From Lytechinus pictus (taxonomy: Eukaryota): DNA of 64,000 nt. Positions 12,201 through 25,339 of this stretch are shown one piece after another; position 1 is the stretch's first letter; each line of letters starts with the position of its first letter. The stretch is taken from the NCBI RefSeq assembly GCF_037042905.1, contig NC_087245.1, positions 12,712,001-12,776,000 of the forward strand, written 5' to 3'. The notes beneath the pieces are model-generated. The model did not search any database, was not told where the DNA came from, and saw only the letters and a list, made by a program, of their open reading frames with translations. The position numbers and the translations under genes are program-made.

Positions 12201-15200
12201 GTTGGTAAGGAAAGTTGAAACAGGAAATCCAAACAACCTGCTCTCTGCTGCTATTATAAGGTAATATTCATATTCCGAATTTGAATTGTTATTCCGTTGT
12301 CAAAATTTTCTAAAAAGTGGTTTAATAACTGAAAATGAAATGATAAATTATCAGTTCCGTCTTGGTTCTGAAGATCAACGCTGAGTGATTTCACAACACT
12401 AAAATACATGGTACAGTGCCATGTACTCATTTTCATGTTGGAAATATGTTTGAAGTCACGTAGCGTCGATCGGGACCAAGAATGGACTGATATTTTATCT
12501 TTTTAAAGTAATTGATTGACCAGATTTAACCACTTTTCAGAAAATAGGGACTTTCTAAAACATTTCATATTCTTTGGAATGTGAATTTTACCAGTATAAT
12601 AACAGTTAAGTGGAGGTTGATTGTCTACTGTTTCAAAATTCCCGATCAACACTTTCCAATCGGAGAAGCTGCGTTTGCAATGACATTGTAATCGATCATG
12701 ATCATATCTACATGAAATAATCATGAAAAAAAAATATTCTGTCCTTTGTAATTCTGTTTCTGTCCTCATTCTCTCGTTATTAATATTTTTTTTTTTTTTT
12801 TTTTTTTTATTCAATTTAAAAATGAAAGTAGAAATGACTCTTATTTTGTTTAAAGATTTAAACAAATAAAAGAAAGTTGTGCAACTATTTTTATAACCAT
12901 TCTTTTTAGAAACAAAATTTATTATAAATATATTACAGATCATTATTGGGTTTATATGTCCGAGGGTTGGCAATCCTTTATTTTAAATGCTCAAAATTAG
13001 ATTTGGCATTTATTGCCAAACCCCGAACCGAACCAAAGTTCGGAAAAAAAATTGCCGAACCGAACCCGAACATGCCGCCTGATTTGCAGCACTACCCCAT
13101 AGTTTGAATGTCTTAACTTTTTTAGAATATATTCTTCTACAAATCTAGAGAGTATGATGAAAATGACATGGATTTGAATGTTTGGGAGCAGAACTACGGA
13201 ACCATACTTATTTCAGACATTTTGGACGGTATAATCAGACTTTTACTTGTTTTTGGCGCATTTTGGGGCTGTTTCAAGCCAACTCGCAACAGTTTAGACA
13301 CTGATAGTTTGAAAACGAGCACATGGACCCCATGTTTTTAATATTTCATCGTCATCAGAATATATTCCTCTGCAAATCTAGAGAGTATGTTGAAAATGAC
13401 ATGGATTTTGAGTGTTTGGGAGCAGAACTAAGGAATCATTCGTATTTTAGACATTTCGGACGGTATTTTTTTCAGACTTTTACTTGTTTTTGGTGCAGTT
13501 TTGGGCTGTTTCAAGCCAACTCGCAACAGTTTAGACACTGATAGTTTAAAAACGAGCACATGGACCCCATATTTTTAATATTTTAACGTCATCAGAATAT
13601 ATTCCTCTGCAAATCTAGAGAGTATGAAATGACATGGATTTTGAAAGTTAGGGAACAAAACTACGGAACCATTCGCATTTTAGACGGTATTATTAGACTT
13701 TTGCATGTTTTCGGATCATTTTAGGTTGATTTCAATATTTTCAAGCCAACTCGCAACACTTTGGACACTGATAGTTTAAAAACGAGCACATGGACCCCAT
13801 ACTTTTAATAATTTAATGTCTTTAGAATATATTCCTCTACAAATCTAGAGAGTATGATGAAAGTAACATGGATTTTGAATGTTTGGGAGCGAAATATGGA
13901 ACCATTTGCAATTTTGCATTTTAGAGGGTATTAAGAGACTTTTTCATGTTTTCGACGCTTTTTAGGTGATTTTCAAGCCAACTTGCTACACTTGGGACAC
14001 CAATAGTTTAAAAACGAGCACATGGACCCCATATTTTTAACTTCCCTACACCTTCGATATGCATTCCTCTACAATATAGCCGAATTTGATGAAAATTACA
14101 TGGATTTTGAAAAAAGTGCAGCTTACAAAATACTTTGTTAAGTTTTGAGTAGATTCACATCTTTGAAGATTTGTTTTTTCAGAGTTTTTGCACCATTCTT
14201 GCCAAATGAGGGCACTGCTGACTCCAAATAGATATAGTTTTACCCATTCAAAGACTTTCTCTTACTTTGGTATACACTTTGTTATATATTTCGAAAATTT
14301 GATGAAGTTTGATGCGGTATCCACTGAGTAAAGATGACTTAAACTCATTTGGTGAATTCGTGAGGTCTAAGAGAGGCATTATTCTCTTAATTGCGTAAGA
14401 TTGCATATCATTCAAATTCATTTCATGGTTTATTTATTTCCATTAAAACAGTCATACACATACTGCAGCTAGAAAGCTGAAATGTATGTATTTACAAAGG
14501 TATAACAATTGCACATGTAGCATAAACAATAATGTAATAATGATAAAACTAATGGTACATTAAGAAAAATCCAGTATACAATGAAATTATAATGAAAAAA
14601 TACACTTTACGAGTTATTAAGGAGATTAATAAAATACCGTCTTGCACTGTGTTTAAAACGGGAGGTCCTGCATTTGTATTGCATATACTTTTGTTTATTG
14701 CGTAAAGTCATGCTAACAACGTTCCTTTCCGGTAACCAGTTTTTACAATGTGGATTTTTGCTTAAATACGGCGACTTTGAAGACCCGTAGAAAAAAAATA
14801 AGCACATGAACCTATATCATTTTTTGCATTTTCATAATGCATAGATACCAAAGTAACTCTCTGCAAAATTTGATGAAAATGACATGGACTTCATTTTAAC
14901 TGTGGAACGTCCTTAGACTGAATGTTCTATGAGATTTTAGACTTTCGTTATAAAAATCTATCATATTGACATCTTATACTTCTTTTAATGTTTAGGGCCT
15001 AGCAAAACTAGCAGCTGATACAGAATTGAGCGATGGTGAGCTGAGTGACCTTTTAACTCCACAGACCAAGCGCAAACCAACCCAGCGAGGAAGAAAGCGT
15101 GTGATAAGAAGAGGAGAAAAGCTCCCTCCCAAGAAGAGAAAATATTTGGATAAAACCAGATTAAAGTAAGTTGTTGATCTGTATGATTTAATTTTAAAGC

Positions 15201-17340
15201 AATCATGAAGTTTACAGTATATGTTGTTAAATTTAAGGCCATGGTTATTATTTGACATGTTAGATGATACATATTTTTTATTTGCCATTTCAGGGGAGAG
15301 ACTTGGTATCGTTGTCGCATCAAGAAGATGATGAAATATGCCAAGCGATTCCAGTGCAAGATCTGCCTTCTGGAAGTCCGTTTTATTACCCAAGTCATCG
15401 ACCACATCCAGAACGAGCATCCTGACCAGATTGCTGGATTCCGTACGTCCCTAGGTCCCCACTTTGAAAGATGTGGTCTAACAGTGGTCTGGAGTCTCCC
15501 GGAGCTGGATACTTCTTCTTCAAGGAGTACTCCCGGAACAGGTAGAAGTGAGGGTTCTGTCAAGAATGTGACAGATGCACCTGATGATGAGAGTACGTCG
15601 GCACTAAAGCTTTCTAATGATAAGAATGGAGGAGAGGATGAGAGAGAAGGTGGGGAGGGATTTCCCATGGGTGGGGGTATTCTGAAGGGTGGTTATATGT
15701 CTTTGTTGGTTGGTGATGAGGCAAATACTTCAGCTCGTGTAGGTGAAGCCCAAGAGGGTGATAAAGAACCTGACACCAACAGCAAGAAGGCAGATGAAGG
15801 AGACAAAGAGGGTGATGTCAATGAAAGTGGTGATCGAAGAGCTGTTGCTGTTCGAGAAGATGGCCAGACAGATGATCTCTTCAAAGATCGCCAGGATGAT
15901 CCTCGGGTTACGAATCTCGAGGAGGATGTCGATGTGTTGTATGAACTCCAAGGCTGGGTAGTTATCATGATAGAATGCCCAGACTGTCAAGAATATGTCA
16001 GTATATACAGCTTGCCCAAACACCAGTTCCTACATAACAAACCGAAGCAGGAACACGAGTGTGATGTCTGCCACAAAGTATATAGGCGCCTCAACCTGCT
16101 GCGCAATCACCAAAAACGTCATCAAGAGAAACCCCCAAAACCCCTTGAAGAAAAGACTTTCATGTGTGAGCTTTGTGGCGATGTTTTTAGAAAGGCGAAA
16201 TACTTAAAGAATCACCAGCTCCGTCACCAAGGTAACCTTCCATTTGTCTGCAAGATATGTGACCGACGGTTCCTTTTCCAGAGACAGTTGAAACGGCATG
16301 ATATAATCCATCGAGATGTGAAACCTATTCTGTGCCAGGAATGTGGACGTGGATTTGTACAGCGTTCACAACTCAATGCTCACATGCGTCAACATACTGG
16401 AGAGAAACCTTATAAGTGTGACCTGTGTGAGAGAGCGTTCACCCATAATGTCTCTCTTAAGACACACAAGAAGCGAGACCATGGCGTCCAGGTGGGGAAG
16501 TGCGCCAATCCTCATCTAGGACGTCCAAAGATGAGCGGGGAGGGTGCACCCAAGACCAAAGGCACCAGAGCAGCATCATCTAGAAAGGCATCCCAAGCAA
16601 GGAACCAGACAGTCATCAACAACCCTCCAACATCACAGTATTCAGAATGCAGGATGGTCAATCCTGGTATGAACCATCTCCCACTCGGTCTCGTTATCAA
16701 CCCTGAAAGACAAGGTATGGATCTAAGCATAGATTCTTCAGACAGCCCTCCAGGGATGGACAGTAACAGAGGAGCCCCCATGCAGAGTAGGACCGCTGAC
16801 CGATCCCATCGAGAGAGGCAGGCCTCCATGGACAGACAAAGCACAACAATGCACAACATGGACACCCACTCCAGACCCAACCACAGCGAAAGTCATAGCA
16901 ACATGGAGCATCTAGGAAACCCCCATATAGAGAGATCTGTGATCAACATGGAGAGGCATACTGGAAATGGAGAAGGGAACAACAGTGCAAATAGCGGAGG
17001 AAGCCATAACTCCCACCCTCATTTTGATCGTGCCATGGCCATGCCGTTGATTGAGAGATCTCTTCCCAGTCACCTGATAGACAGGCAGGGACTTTCCCCT
17101 CCCATTGATACCAGACCAGGCAATGCTCATAGTCACCACATGGATCATCACCACCATCAGGGTGGGATCCCCCTTATAGCCAGACCAGACCTGAACCAAC
17201 ATCTTATGAGGCAAAAGAAAGGGAAGGAATTAGAGATGCCTCCCCATCAGAACAACCCCTCCCATCCACCATATCCTTGGGGAGCATGGGGCAATGTGGG
17301 CGAAGGAATGGGCATGAGGTTCCCTGTATTCCCACAATAG
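4171..17340 (+). CDS. AT-hook and C2H2 zinc-finger protein, 5'-partial spliced gene (exons 4171-4236, 4685-4964, 6737-6871, 14996-15165, 15294-17340)
   Basis: All introns are GT-AG and phases are continuous (2,0,0,2). The joined frame carries an AT-hook (KRKRGRPRGKRK), an acidic tract, about 7 C2H2 fingers with an HTGEKPY linker and a His/Pro/Met-rich tail. TAG stop at 17338-17340. Confidence 0.85.
4685..4964 (+). CDS. Zinc-finger gene internal exon with AT-hook
   Basis: aacag acceptor, gttagt donor, open frame LEVAATKIK...RGRPRGKRK...KEPR. Confidence 0.8.
6737..6871 (+). CDS. Zinc-finger gene internal exon (acidic/Ser-rich)
   Basis: ccgcag acceptor, gtaagt donor, 45 codons EMKVIWQSEDDDD...SSPR, phase 0/0. 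Confidence 0.85.
7403..8228. repeat. Near-perfect ~825-bp foldback palindrome (spacer 7808-7869)
   Basis: Arms begin AATCTACTATGGTCAACAAGGAAA and end TTTCCTTGTTGACCATAGTAGATT. They pair along their whole length. Confidence 0.9.
8245..9318. mobile_element. Tc2/pogo-type MITE
   Basis: TA|CCGTAAGTAACGGTGTATTAACCGCACC ... GGTGCGGTTAATACACCGTTACTTACGG|TA; perfect 28-bp TIR. Confidence 0.88.
10336..14912. mobile_element. Large non-autonomous TIR element with TTAA-type ends (Kolobok- or Crypton-like) and internal ~235-bp tandem units
   Basis: TTAAGGACGTTCCACAGTTA / TAACTGTGGAACGTCCTTAG. Units recur at 13141, 13374, 13611 and 13841. Confidence 0.75.
11343..13094 (+). mobile_element. hAT non-autonomous element, copy A
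   Basis: TAGTGCTG...CAGCACTA termini and subterminal CCGAA repeats. Full-length reverse-complement homologue at 57591-59332. Confidence 0.85.
14996..15165 (+). CDS. Zinc-finger gene internal exon (basic, NLS-like PPKKRK)
   Basis: tttag acceptor, gtaagt donor, frame GLAKLAADTELSDGE...KTRL, phase 0/2. Confidence 0.85.
15294..17340 (+). CDS. Zinc-finger gene terminal exon encoding about 7 C2H2 fingers
   Basis: tttcag acceptor in frame with the 670-aa ORF 15328-17340; CxxC...HxxxH repeats. Confidence 0.95.
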
Positions 17341-20300
17341 ACAGAAAAGCATCTAGTAAACAAGGGACTTACATGTACTTCATAGAGCTGTTCTTAAAGA
17401 TATGCATGACTCTTCAAATGACTGGAATATGAACTGCCAAATCTAAGGCCACAGTTTTCCCTGACAATGTCACAAAGTTTCACTGTATTTTGAAAGATTC
17501 AGTCTATTGTTGTAAATATTCTTTTCACTAAAATGTGCGTTAACAGTCAGAATGTTTACCCTATACCTAGTATCAAAATCAATTACGACTAATCAAGAAG
17601 CACACTTAGCTTGCCATATTCCAGTTGTTTGTAGAGTCATTCATATTTTTTCAAACGGTTTCTGAAACCCCATTATCTCACTCTGTAGAACCATCACCTA
17701 TGGTACATAACTGACATACTTTGGTTTTATTTGTTATTGCAAACTCTATTTGTGTGCATTTACATGTAGATTTATTGAGATAAATAGATAGTCTATTGGT
17801 TTAGCTGTTGGCCTGATATATCAATTTACACTGCTCTGGAGCACTGTTGGTGATCAAGGTTCTTAAATGGATCAGCTAGAAAAAAAATTGAGGCATGTCA
17901 AATGGTTAATTTAGGATGTGTTACAGATTTGCCATTTCAGAAGTAATCTTCTGTTGTATATTGAATGCTGTGGCCATATAAACATAAGAGATCTATGGAC
18001 TAACTTGAAGAGAACAAGAAATTTATTGTATATGAGAGCCATGTCCAAAAAAAGAAAAAATGAGAAAAAAAGCTTTATGTGTTTCTTCTGTAGCATTTTA
18101 AGCTTGGTTTCATGAAAGGCTAAAATTTGTCACTTCCCAGAAAATATCAAAGATTTTTTCTTAATGTTTACATCTGAAGTGACACATTCTAAATTTTACC
18201 AAATATTTGTAATCTTTCTTGCCATGAAACTAGAGTTTTTTTCTCCACAGTTTAGTTTCATGCCACATCAGTTTTTGATCATGTTTGTTATTGAACAATT
18301 TCTTTGTCATTTTCATTAACAAAGTATAATATTAACTGCATGTAGTGTTGAAAAATAAGCATTTTCTATTGTATATAGTACTGAGCCAATGTATTAACAC
18401 ATAGTCTATGATGCTTTTTACAGATTTATTCAAGCAGCCAAAAGTGGTAAATTGTGCACATATTTGCCAAGTTTCTTTTAAAAGTTGTGTCCCACAAATA
18501 TATGCACAACAACTGGTAATTGTAAAGTGTATCTTTGGTAAACAATGTGTAAACTAGTGGCAATCAATTGTACTGTACATATTAATTACAATGCGTTTTG
18601 GGGCCCTGTTATCATACATGTAGGTCAATGGTCCATAACTTGATACAGTTCACCGATGGACAGAATAATTACATTTTCAGTCATCAAATCTAAAGAAGTA
18701 TTAAAAGTGTACATTTATGCACCAAAGAATGAGAAAACGAATCAGCAAGATAATACTGCAAAATGAATCAAGATTTAATGCAGCACTTATGAGCTCAAAG
18801 CCTTGTTCAGCATTTGGTAGACATGGTTTATGAAAAATTTGCCTGTTTGAGAACTACATAGGAGTCTGCTTTAGCCAACCTCCTCTAAGCTGAATAATCT
18901 AAGATAGCCCAACCCCCTGGGTTGATATTCATAATGCCTTTTCTACTGTTACAAGTCTGTTTAAGCAAATTGAAAACCATTTTGTTATAACTTGTGTGAC
19001 ATTTCGTATTTTGTTGTCTGCATGTCATTTGCATACTTTATGCCCTATATGAATAACTTTTTGCAAAAAAATCATTAGTCCAAAAATTTCTGCTTCAGAG
19101 ATGAAACAGAAGAGGTGATATTTTTACTTTGTATGGAATTGTCAAGGCTTTGATGTTATTGCGCAGCATGTTTTTATCTCAATAAAAGGAAGTACAGTTC
19201 TGTTACTACTGACCCATACATGTAAATTCACAAGAAATGTCACCTCATTTTGGAGAAATAAGGCAGCACAATGTAATAGGTTTTCAATTTTATCTTTCAT
19301 CAAGTAGGTCACACTTGAAATAAAATGAGCGGAAATCATTATACTTGTGTGAACACCTTGAAGTTTCACAGATTTTGTGCGCCTTTGTTCGATTGAGTGC
19401 TTTCATTGGTTGTAGCATTTAGATGTCAACTCAAACATTTTAATTGGCTGTTATCTTCGACTTGTAATGCAAGTTATGATGTTTTTCAGAATAGTAAATT
19501 GTTAATTAATTTACTTACTCAATCAAATCAATGACAGGAATTAAGGTCTAATAATTATTTTTCACCAAGTGTTTGAACAGTATAAAGGAACTGACATGAT
19601 GCATAAGTTGTATGCCCAAAATAATGGATTAAGCATAAATTTTTAAGAGCATATGTTTAGACACTGTTTGAATTTGTCTGTAGTAAAACATAGTATTAAG
19701 AGTAAGTTATTAGAGTGTTATATTTACATTATGCTAGATATAATATTATTTTTCATTACTGGTGCTATTTTTCTATAAAGAAATTTAAGCTGATAACTAA
19801 ATTTCAATATATTATTTTAAATATGCAATAATTATGGTGTTGATTATGTTTTTCAAATTAGGTATGGCTCTGATGAATTTGCCATTAATTAAACTGGTTA
19901 TACTTCACTATTCAAATTTTGCGCAATACAACGATAAAGCAATGAAATATCTTACATGGTGTATGGAAAGTGTCAACTCAATTGGTAATGTTTTGAGAAA
20001 GATGTGATATTGACAAAATCAATATTTCACTAACAGATGATCCCTCTTCTCTTGTCATTTTAAAGTCCATCAAATTAGACTCAATGCCACCATTCTGTAT
20101 GTATTCAAATCAAAGGCTCCTTGTTATAATATAGGTAAAACTAGCAAGCTATTTGGCCTGATGGTGCTGTTTTCCAGAAGCAGTTCAACAGGTGATTCTT
20201 AAGTGCCCCCAAACAAAACAAAAACAGGAATGTTTGTGTGTGTGTGGGGGGGGGGGGGATAGCGGGAGAAGAAATACAGAAGAAAGAAGATGGTTGAAAA

Positions 20301-21700
20301 GAGAGGATGGGGTATGGATTTTTATATCACCCTTATTTTTCAATCAGATAAAAAAATAATGAATTGTATTTCATCTTGCCTCTCACCCCACCAATCAAAA
20401 CACCCTGGTACTGGTGCGGCTTCTAGGGTGTGGAGTGTGATTTTTTTTTTCATATAGCAGGAGCTATCACTCTTTCTTATAATGATAACTAATAGACAAT
20501 TTGAATTCAAGAAAATTAGTGTTAGAGTTGTGAAAAGAAATGCATTTGAATATTGAGGAAGTCGAGTGGTTAAATCATGCTGTATGATAAATCAAATATT
20601 AGAAATCTGTTGTGTTCATTGTATGGACTTAATGAAATGTCTATGAATATGAAATGTCTATGCCATTTTCCTACTTATAAAAAGTGTGCTGCAGATTTAA
20701 TTTGTGGGTTTTAAAGTGTTTGTTGTTTTTAAAAGAAAATTAATGGAATTTAATAGAAATGTACTACTGGTGGCATTGGATACCAAATAGATCTGTTATG
20801 AAATGTAAATGCGGAACAAAGGGTGAATGGTCTGACAAGTCACTGACTGTATTATGTACTTCTCTATGCTACAAAAGCAAATTGTAGATAGATGCCAATC
20901 TGAATATTTCTGCATGATCTTATTTTTGGGGGTGAAGGATAATAATATGTCTGCTGTTCATCCACATTTTGACATTAAGTCTGAGGAATTCATATTTCTA
21001 ATTGGAAAGCATATAATAGATTATCCTGTGCATCATAAAAGAAGGATAATCAAGTAATTTGCATTATAGAAGAGCATGTCATCAAAGTTCAATCAAAGCA
21101 GACCTGTATATGTCATTGGTCACCACATTATGTATTTTATAGGTCTAGCAAATAAATTCAATGAATATTTCTTCCTTTGCAATGTTTTGTCAATGAGCTA
21201 AAGCTCTCTCTTGCGAAGTAGTCCAGTGACATTGTAATTATTAATCAAACACAGACAGATGACTTTTTATGTGTGTGGTGATTATTTTATTCCTCATAAA
21301 TTGTGATTTGCAAGGCGGCAGTACTTGTATGATCAGTTAAACTACATGTATAATTCATACATATACTTGATTGTTAAATAAATCTATATGCGTCTAATAT
21401 TTAGCATGCAAATATGATTTCTTTTGCAAAGGGAAACATTTTAAAAGAAATATGTAGAAAAGGAAATTGCCATTATAACTTGTTCAAATCATGTGAAATA
21501 TGTACTTTCATAGTTTTTCAATTGCATCAATGAAAATGAATTTAATCTCATCTTGATTAACCATAACTTTCAAATTAGAATGAATCTGCTGAATGTATAT
21601 TTGTGTAATACACGTGTAGTTAATGAAATGATATGTGCATGACTGAATTCTAACCATAAGAAGAACAAAATTATGTGCTTTATTTAGAAGGTGTTGTATG

Positions 21701-22963
21701 CAACCGCGTAGCCAGGATTTAATTTTGGAGGGGGCGGTAAATGCACGCGAAGCGTGCCAACACTTACAGAGCGCGCGAAGAGCGCTCCCTAGGGGGTGGG
21801 TGCAGGTAGGGGGAGTTTCCCCCTCCCGCGCGAAGCGCGAAGCTTTTGGTGTTTCATAAATTAAAATGAAAAGGAGCCGTCTCTCTTGTCTCTATTACCT
21901 ATATCAGCTCCAATTCAGTTGACTATATTGTGATTTTGAACCTTGTTTTCAAAAGTGATTGTGAACGCACAAAAAGGAATACAATGGAGGAAATTAAAAT
22001 CATAATAAACCCGCGCGAAGCGCGGAAGCTAAAGCGTTTGATCAATTTTTTTGCCATGAAAAGGGTCCCGAGAAAAGGGTATTCTCAAAGATATATTGAA
22101 TACTTCCCTTGGAAATATCAGATTTGATTACAAACAATTTAGCGACAGTGCATATCTTTAACTCGCAAAACAGAGGAAAAGAAGTGTATATGCAGGGAGG
22201 AAGATATTCCTCCCCGCGCAGAGCAATAAAACTCTGAAATTTCAAAGGGCGGACGTTTCATCAAATGCAGATATATCTAATACCCCATCGGCTCTAATTC
22301 AATTGATTTCCTAAGATTATTGAACTTCATTACAAGGAAAATAGTGCGCAAAAAGTTGAAACTTCTGTGATTTATTAAAATTATATAAAAAAGGATGCCT
22401 AATTTCTTTGACTTAGGAACCTGTTTGCCCCAAATTATGGTTGTTTAGTAATGACCTGAAAAGCAGGAGAAGTTGACTTTATGGAGGTGACGGAAGAAAT
22501 TTATATAAAGATTTTACCCGCCCGGAGCCGACCCGACCAGAAGTTGCGCGATCAATTAAAAAAAAAGATAACTTCATATACTTCAGCCTAACCTTACTCG
22601 AATTCCATGCCCTATTCTATACATTTGAACTTTAACTGGCAAGAAACACATATAGCTGAGGTGGAAAAGCAGGGTTAGAGAAAGGGTGGGGGAAACAATG
22701 GAGAAACATCAATTATTGTCATTTAACCGCGCGCAGCGCGGAAGCAAAATTCATATATAAATTTAGAGCAAGAGTGAAGGAGTTTTTCTTTTGAGAAAAA
22801 AAATAAAGAATAAAAAGAAAAAAAAACCGACAAAGCTACCTTTCTTCCCTTTCCTCCCTTCCCTTTTTTTTTTTCCTCTCTTTTTTCCCTTCTTTTTTTC
22901 TTTTTGGTGACGTTTTGGGGGGGGGGCGACCGCCCCCACCGCCCCCCCCTGGCTACGCGCCTG
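21701..22963. mobile_element. hAT MITE
   Basis: TIRs CAACCGCGTAGCCAGG / CCTGGCTACGCGCCTG, perfect 8-bp TSD GTTGTATG, internal GCGCGAAGCGC motifs. Confidence 0.9.
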
Positions 22964-24068
22964 GTTGTATGCATTATTATGTGGTAGATTTAGGTGGTCA
23001 ATGGACATTGTTCATTTTCATAGCCTTAAAGGGAAAGGGATTATAAATCTCTCCCAATTTTCCTCTTCTGTAATAGTGTATTCATTGTATAAACTTCATG
23101 CTTACTCTGTTTGTGTTCTCTGCTCTTGCTACTGTAAAATATACATTTATGCTTACAGTAGCTTGCTTTGAGTTTTCAGATATTTTCCAAAGATCTGTGT
23201 GATGAGCACATTAAACTCTTAAATGAACATGTTTATTGCATGTCATGATGTCACCAATTACTTTTGTAAACTTTCTTTTCTTAAATAATTATTCAACTGC
23301 ATTACAACATTGAGGTTTCATTTAATTTGTACTGGCTGCACAAGGGGGATTAAAAAAAAAAAAAAATTGTTTTCCCATCTGACAATACCGTAAAGTATTA
23401 ATTATAAATGTGCCAATACTTGGCTGTTGATTTAGAAGATATGACATAAATTCCCTAAGTGTGATTGTAACTCTGTCCCCTGTTACTTGTATTTTTTTTT
23501 AAATCCAAAATTGGTTGCAGACCCAAACCAGGACTTTCTACCTTGAGGCAGCACATACCGTTCAGACCCTATTGCATCTACATGTATTTTCTGTCATTCC
23601 CCCAATTGTTCTTAAGGTGGTTTTCAAATTCCTGACAATTTGCATACCAGAATGTAGTCTTCATGCACATACCCTAATTGACAGTTCAATAAACTTATTG
23701 GGACTTAAAAGTAAAAAAAAAAGACTGCTATAAGTGTGGACTAGGAATATTAATGTTTGGAAAAGTGTTGGAGTAGCTAAATAAATAATTCTCATTCACC
23801 TCTTTTGGGTTACCATTCAGACCACTGTCCATTTGTTTCCTGCCCTAGTCTTGGGCTTGGTTCTAGGAATAAAAATAGATGTAACAGGGTGTATAATATA
23901 AAGATGTTGAAAAAATTACATGCTAAATTTCTATTGCAAGATGGTGATATGCATCCTAATCAAGTGATTGACCTAAATCAATCACATGGCCAGTCAGTTA
24001 TTTTAGCTGACAGGAAAATATGCTAATGGATGTTACAAATGACTAGTTCTATAGACTGGTCAGGTGTT

Positions 24069-24485
24069 GGTTTATTTTTAATTTGTCTGATGCCAATTCG
24101 TCCAATTGCCAACTTATATACTATTATTTGGTCTTCCATCAGTTCGTCCACTATCCACATGGTCTAATTGCCAATTTGTCCACTCACCATTTCATCTAAT
24201 AACTAATTGGTCCAATAGCCATTTAGTCCATATACCATTTGGTCTAATTGGACTAAGTGTTCATTGTGCAAAATGAATGAAAATGAAATGATTCTTAGAC
24301 CAATTGGTTATGAGACAAAATGGTCATAGAAAAAATGGTGATTAGACGAAGTGATGATTGGACCAAATGGTTATTGGACCAATTGGTCGTTAGATGAAAT
24401 GTTGGACGAAATAGCATTAGACTAAATGAAAGTAGACCATGTGGTGAGTGGACGAGTTGGCAGTACACAAATTGGCAATTTACCA
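24069..24485. mobile_element. Small foldback-type element built of short subrepeats
   Basis: Left arm of ggtctaat/gtccaat repeats mirrored by attagac/attggac repeats. Flanked by the direct repeat AGGTGTTG. Confidence 0.7.
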
Positions 24486-25339
24486 AGGTGTTGAGATGAG
24501 GATGTTTTCATCAATATAATAAGTATCCATGTAATACACATCATATTGCTTACAGTGCATTAGAATAATAACCCACGCTTGTTTGAAACAGACGAAACGT
24601 GTTAGAATGGTTCTAACGGTATCTTGTGCATTTAAGTGTTACTAATGGCCTCAATGTTATGTATTATTTTATACTATCATCACTGTCAGACTGATTGCAT
24701 AGGAAAAACCCAAGGGGGAGTAAAAAATCCTAATGTAAACATAACACAAATTGAATGAGTGGATGGCTTTGCAGAAGGATTATATCCCAAATACTCAATA
24801 TTTGTTGTTTTTTGTATTATTAAAGAATAAGGAAATCATATTACTGGTATATGTAAAAGTTTTAATGATTGCTGTACTAATAAAACCCTAAGCTTTAACC
24901 TATTATGGACACAGTATTGATAACCAGAAGGAAATAAAAAGTGAGATGTTGCAAGAAAAACATGTTTTTTATCCCGTCCTTAACATCTGTGTGCATTCTG
25001 CATATTTTAATTATGCTATGACTGAATGTATATGTAAACCAGTATTTTTTAGCCTATGTAACAAACTGACAAATTTTGTTTTGATTATCTGTAAATGTAA
25101 TGACATTTTCAAGATTAGAAGATTAGATATTATATGTAACTATAATTTATGTTAATGTAGCAAAGCTACTCTCTATGTTTCTTACATAAACTATTTCTTT
25201 TTCTTCCTATGTTGTATCCATTGTGCGCCTATTGGTTGTTTTCAATATTAAATGTCATCCTGACACAAAAGGAAATTACATTTGTTTTTTACTGTGCTTT
25301 TTTACTTTCACTATCAAAAGACTTATTACCATTTACTGC

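Noticed and set aside
12503..12973. 156-aa ORF and its partial twin at 58022-58204
   Set aside because: They lie inside non-autonomous hAT copies, the frame is not conserved between copies and there are no transposase motifs.
13100..14120. Regularly spaced repeats as a CRISPR array
   Set aside because: Units are ~235 bp and homologous throughout, with no unique spacers or cas genes. The context is eukaryotic.
14985..17214. Minus-strand ORFs of 91-227 aa
   Set aside because: Antisense shadows of the zinc-finger coding exons.
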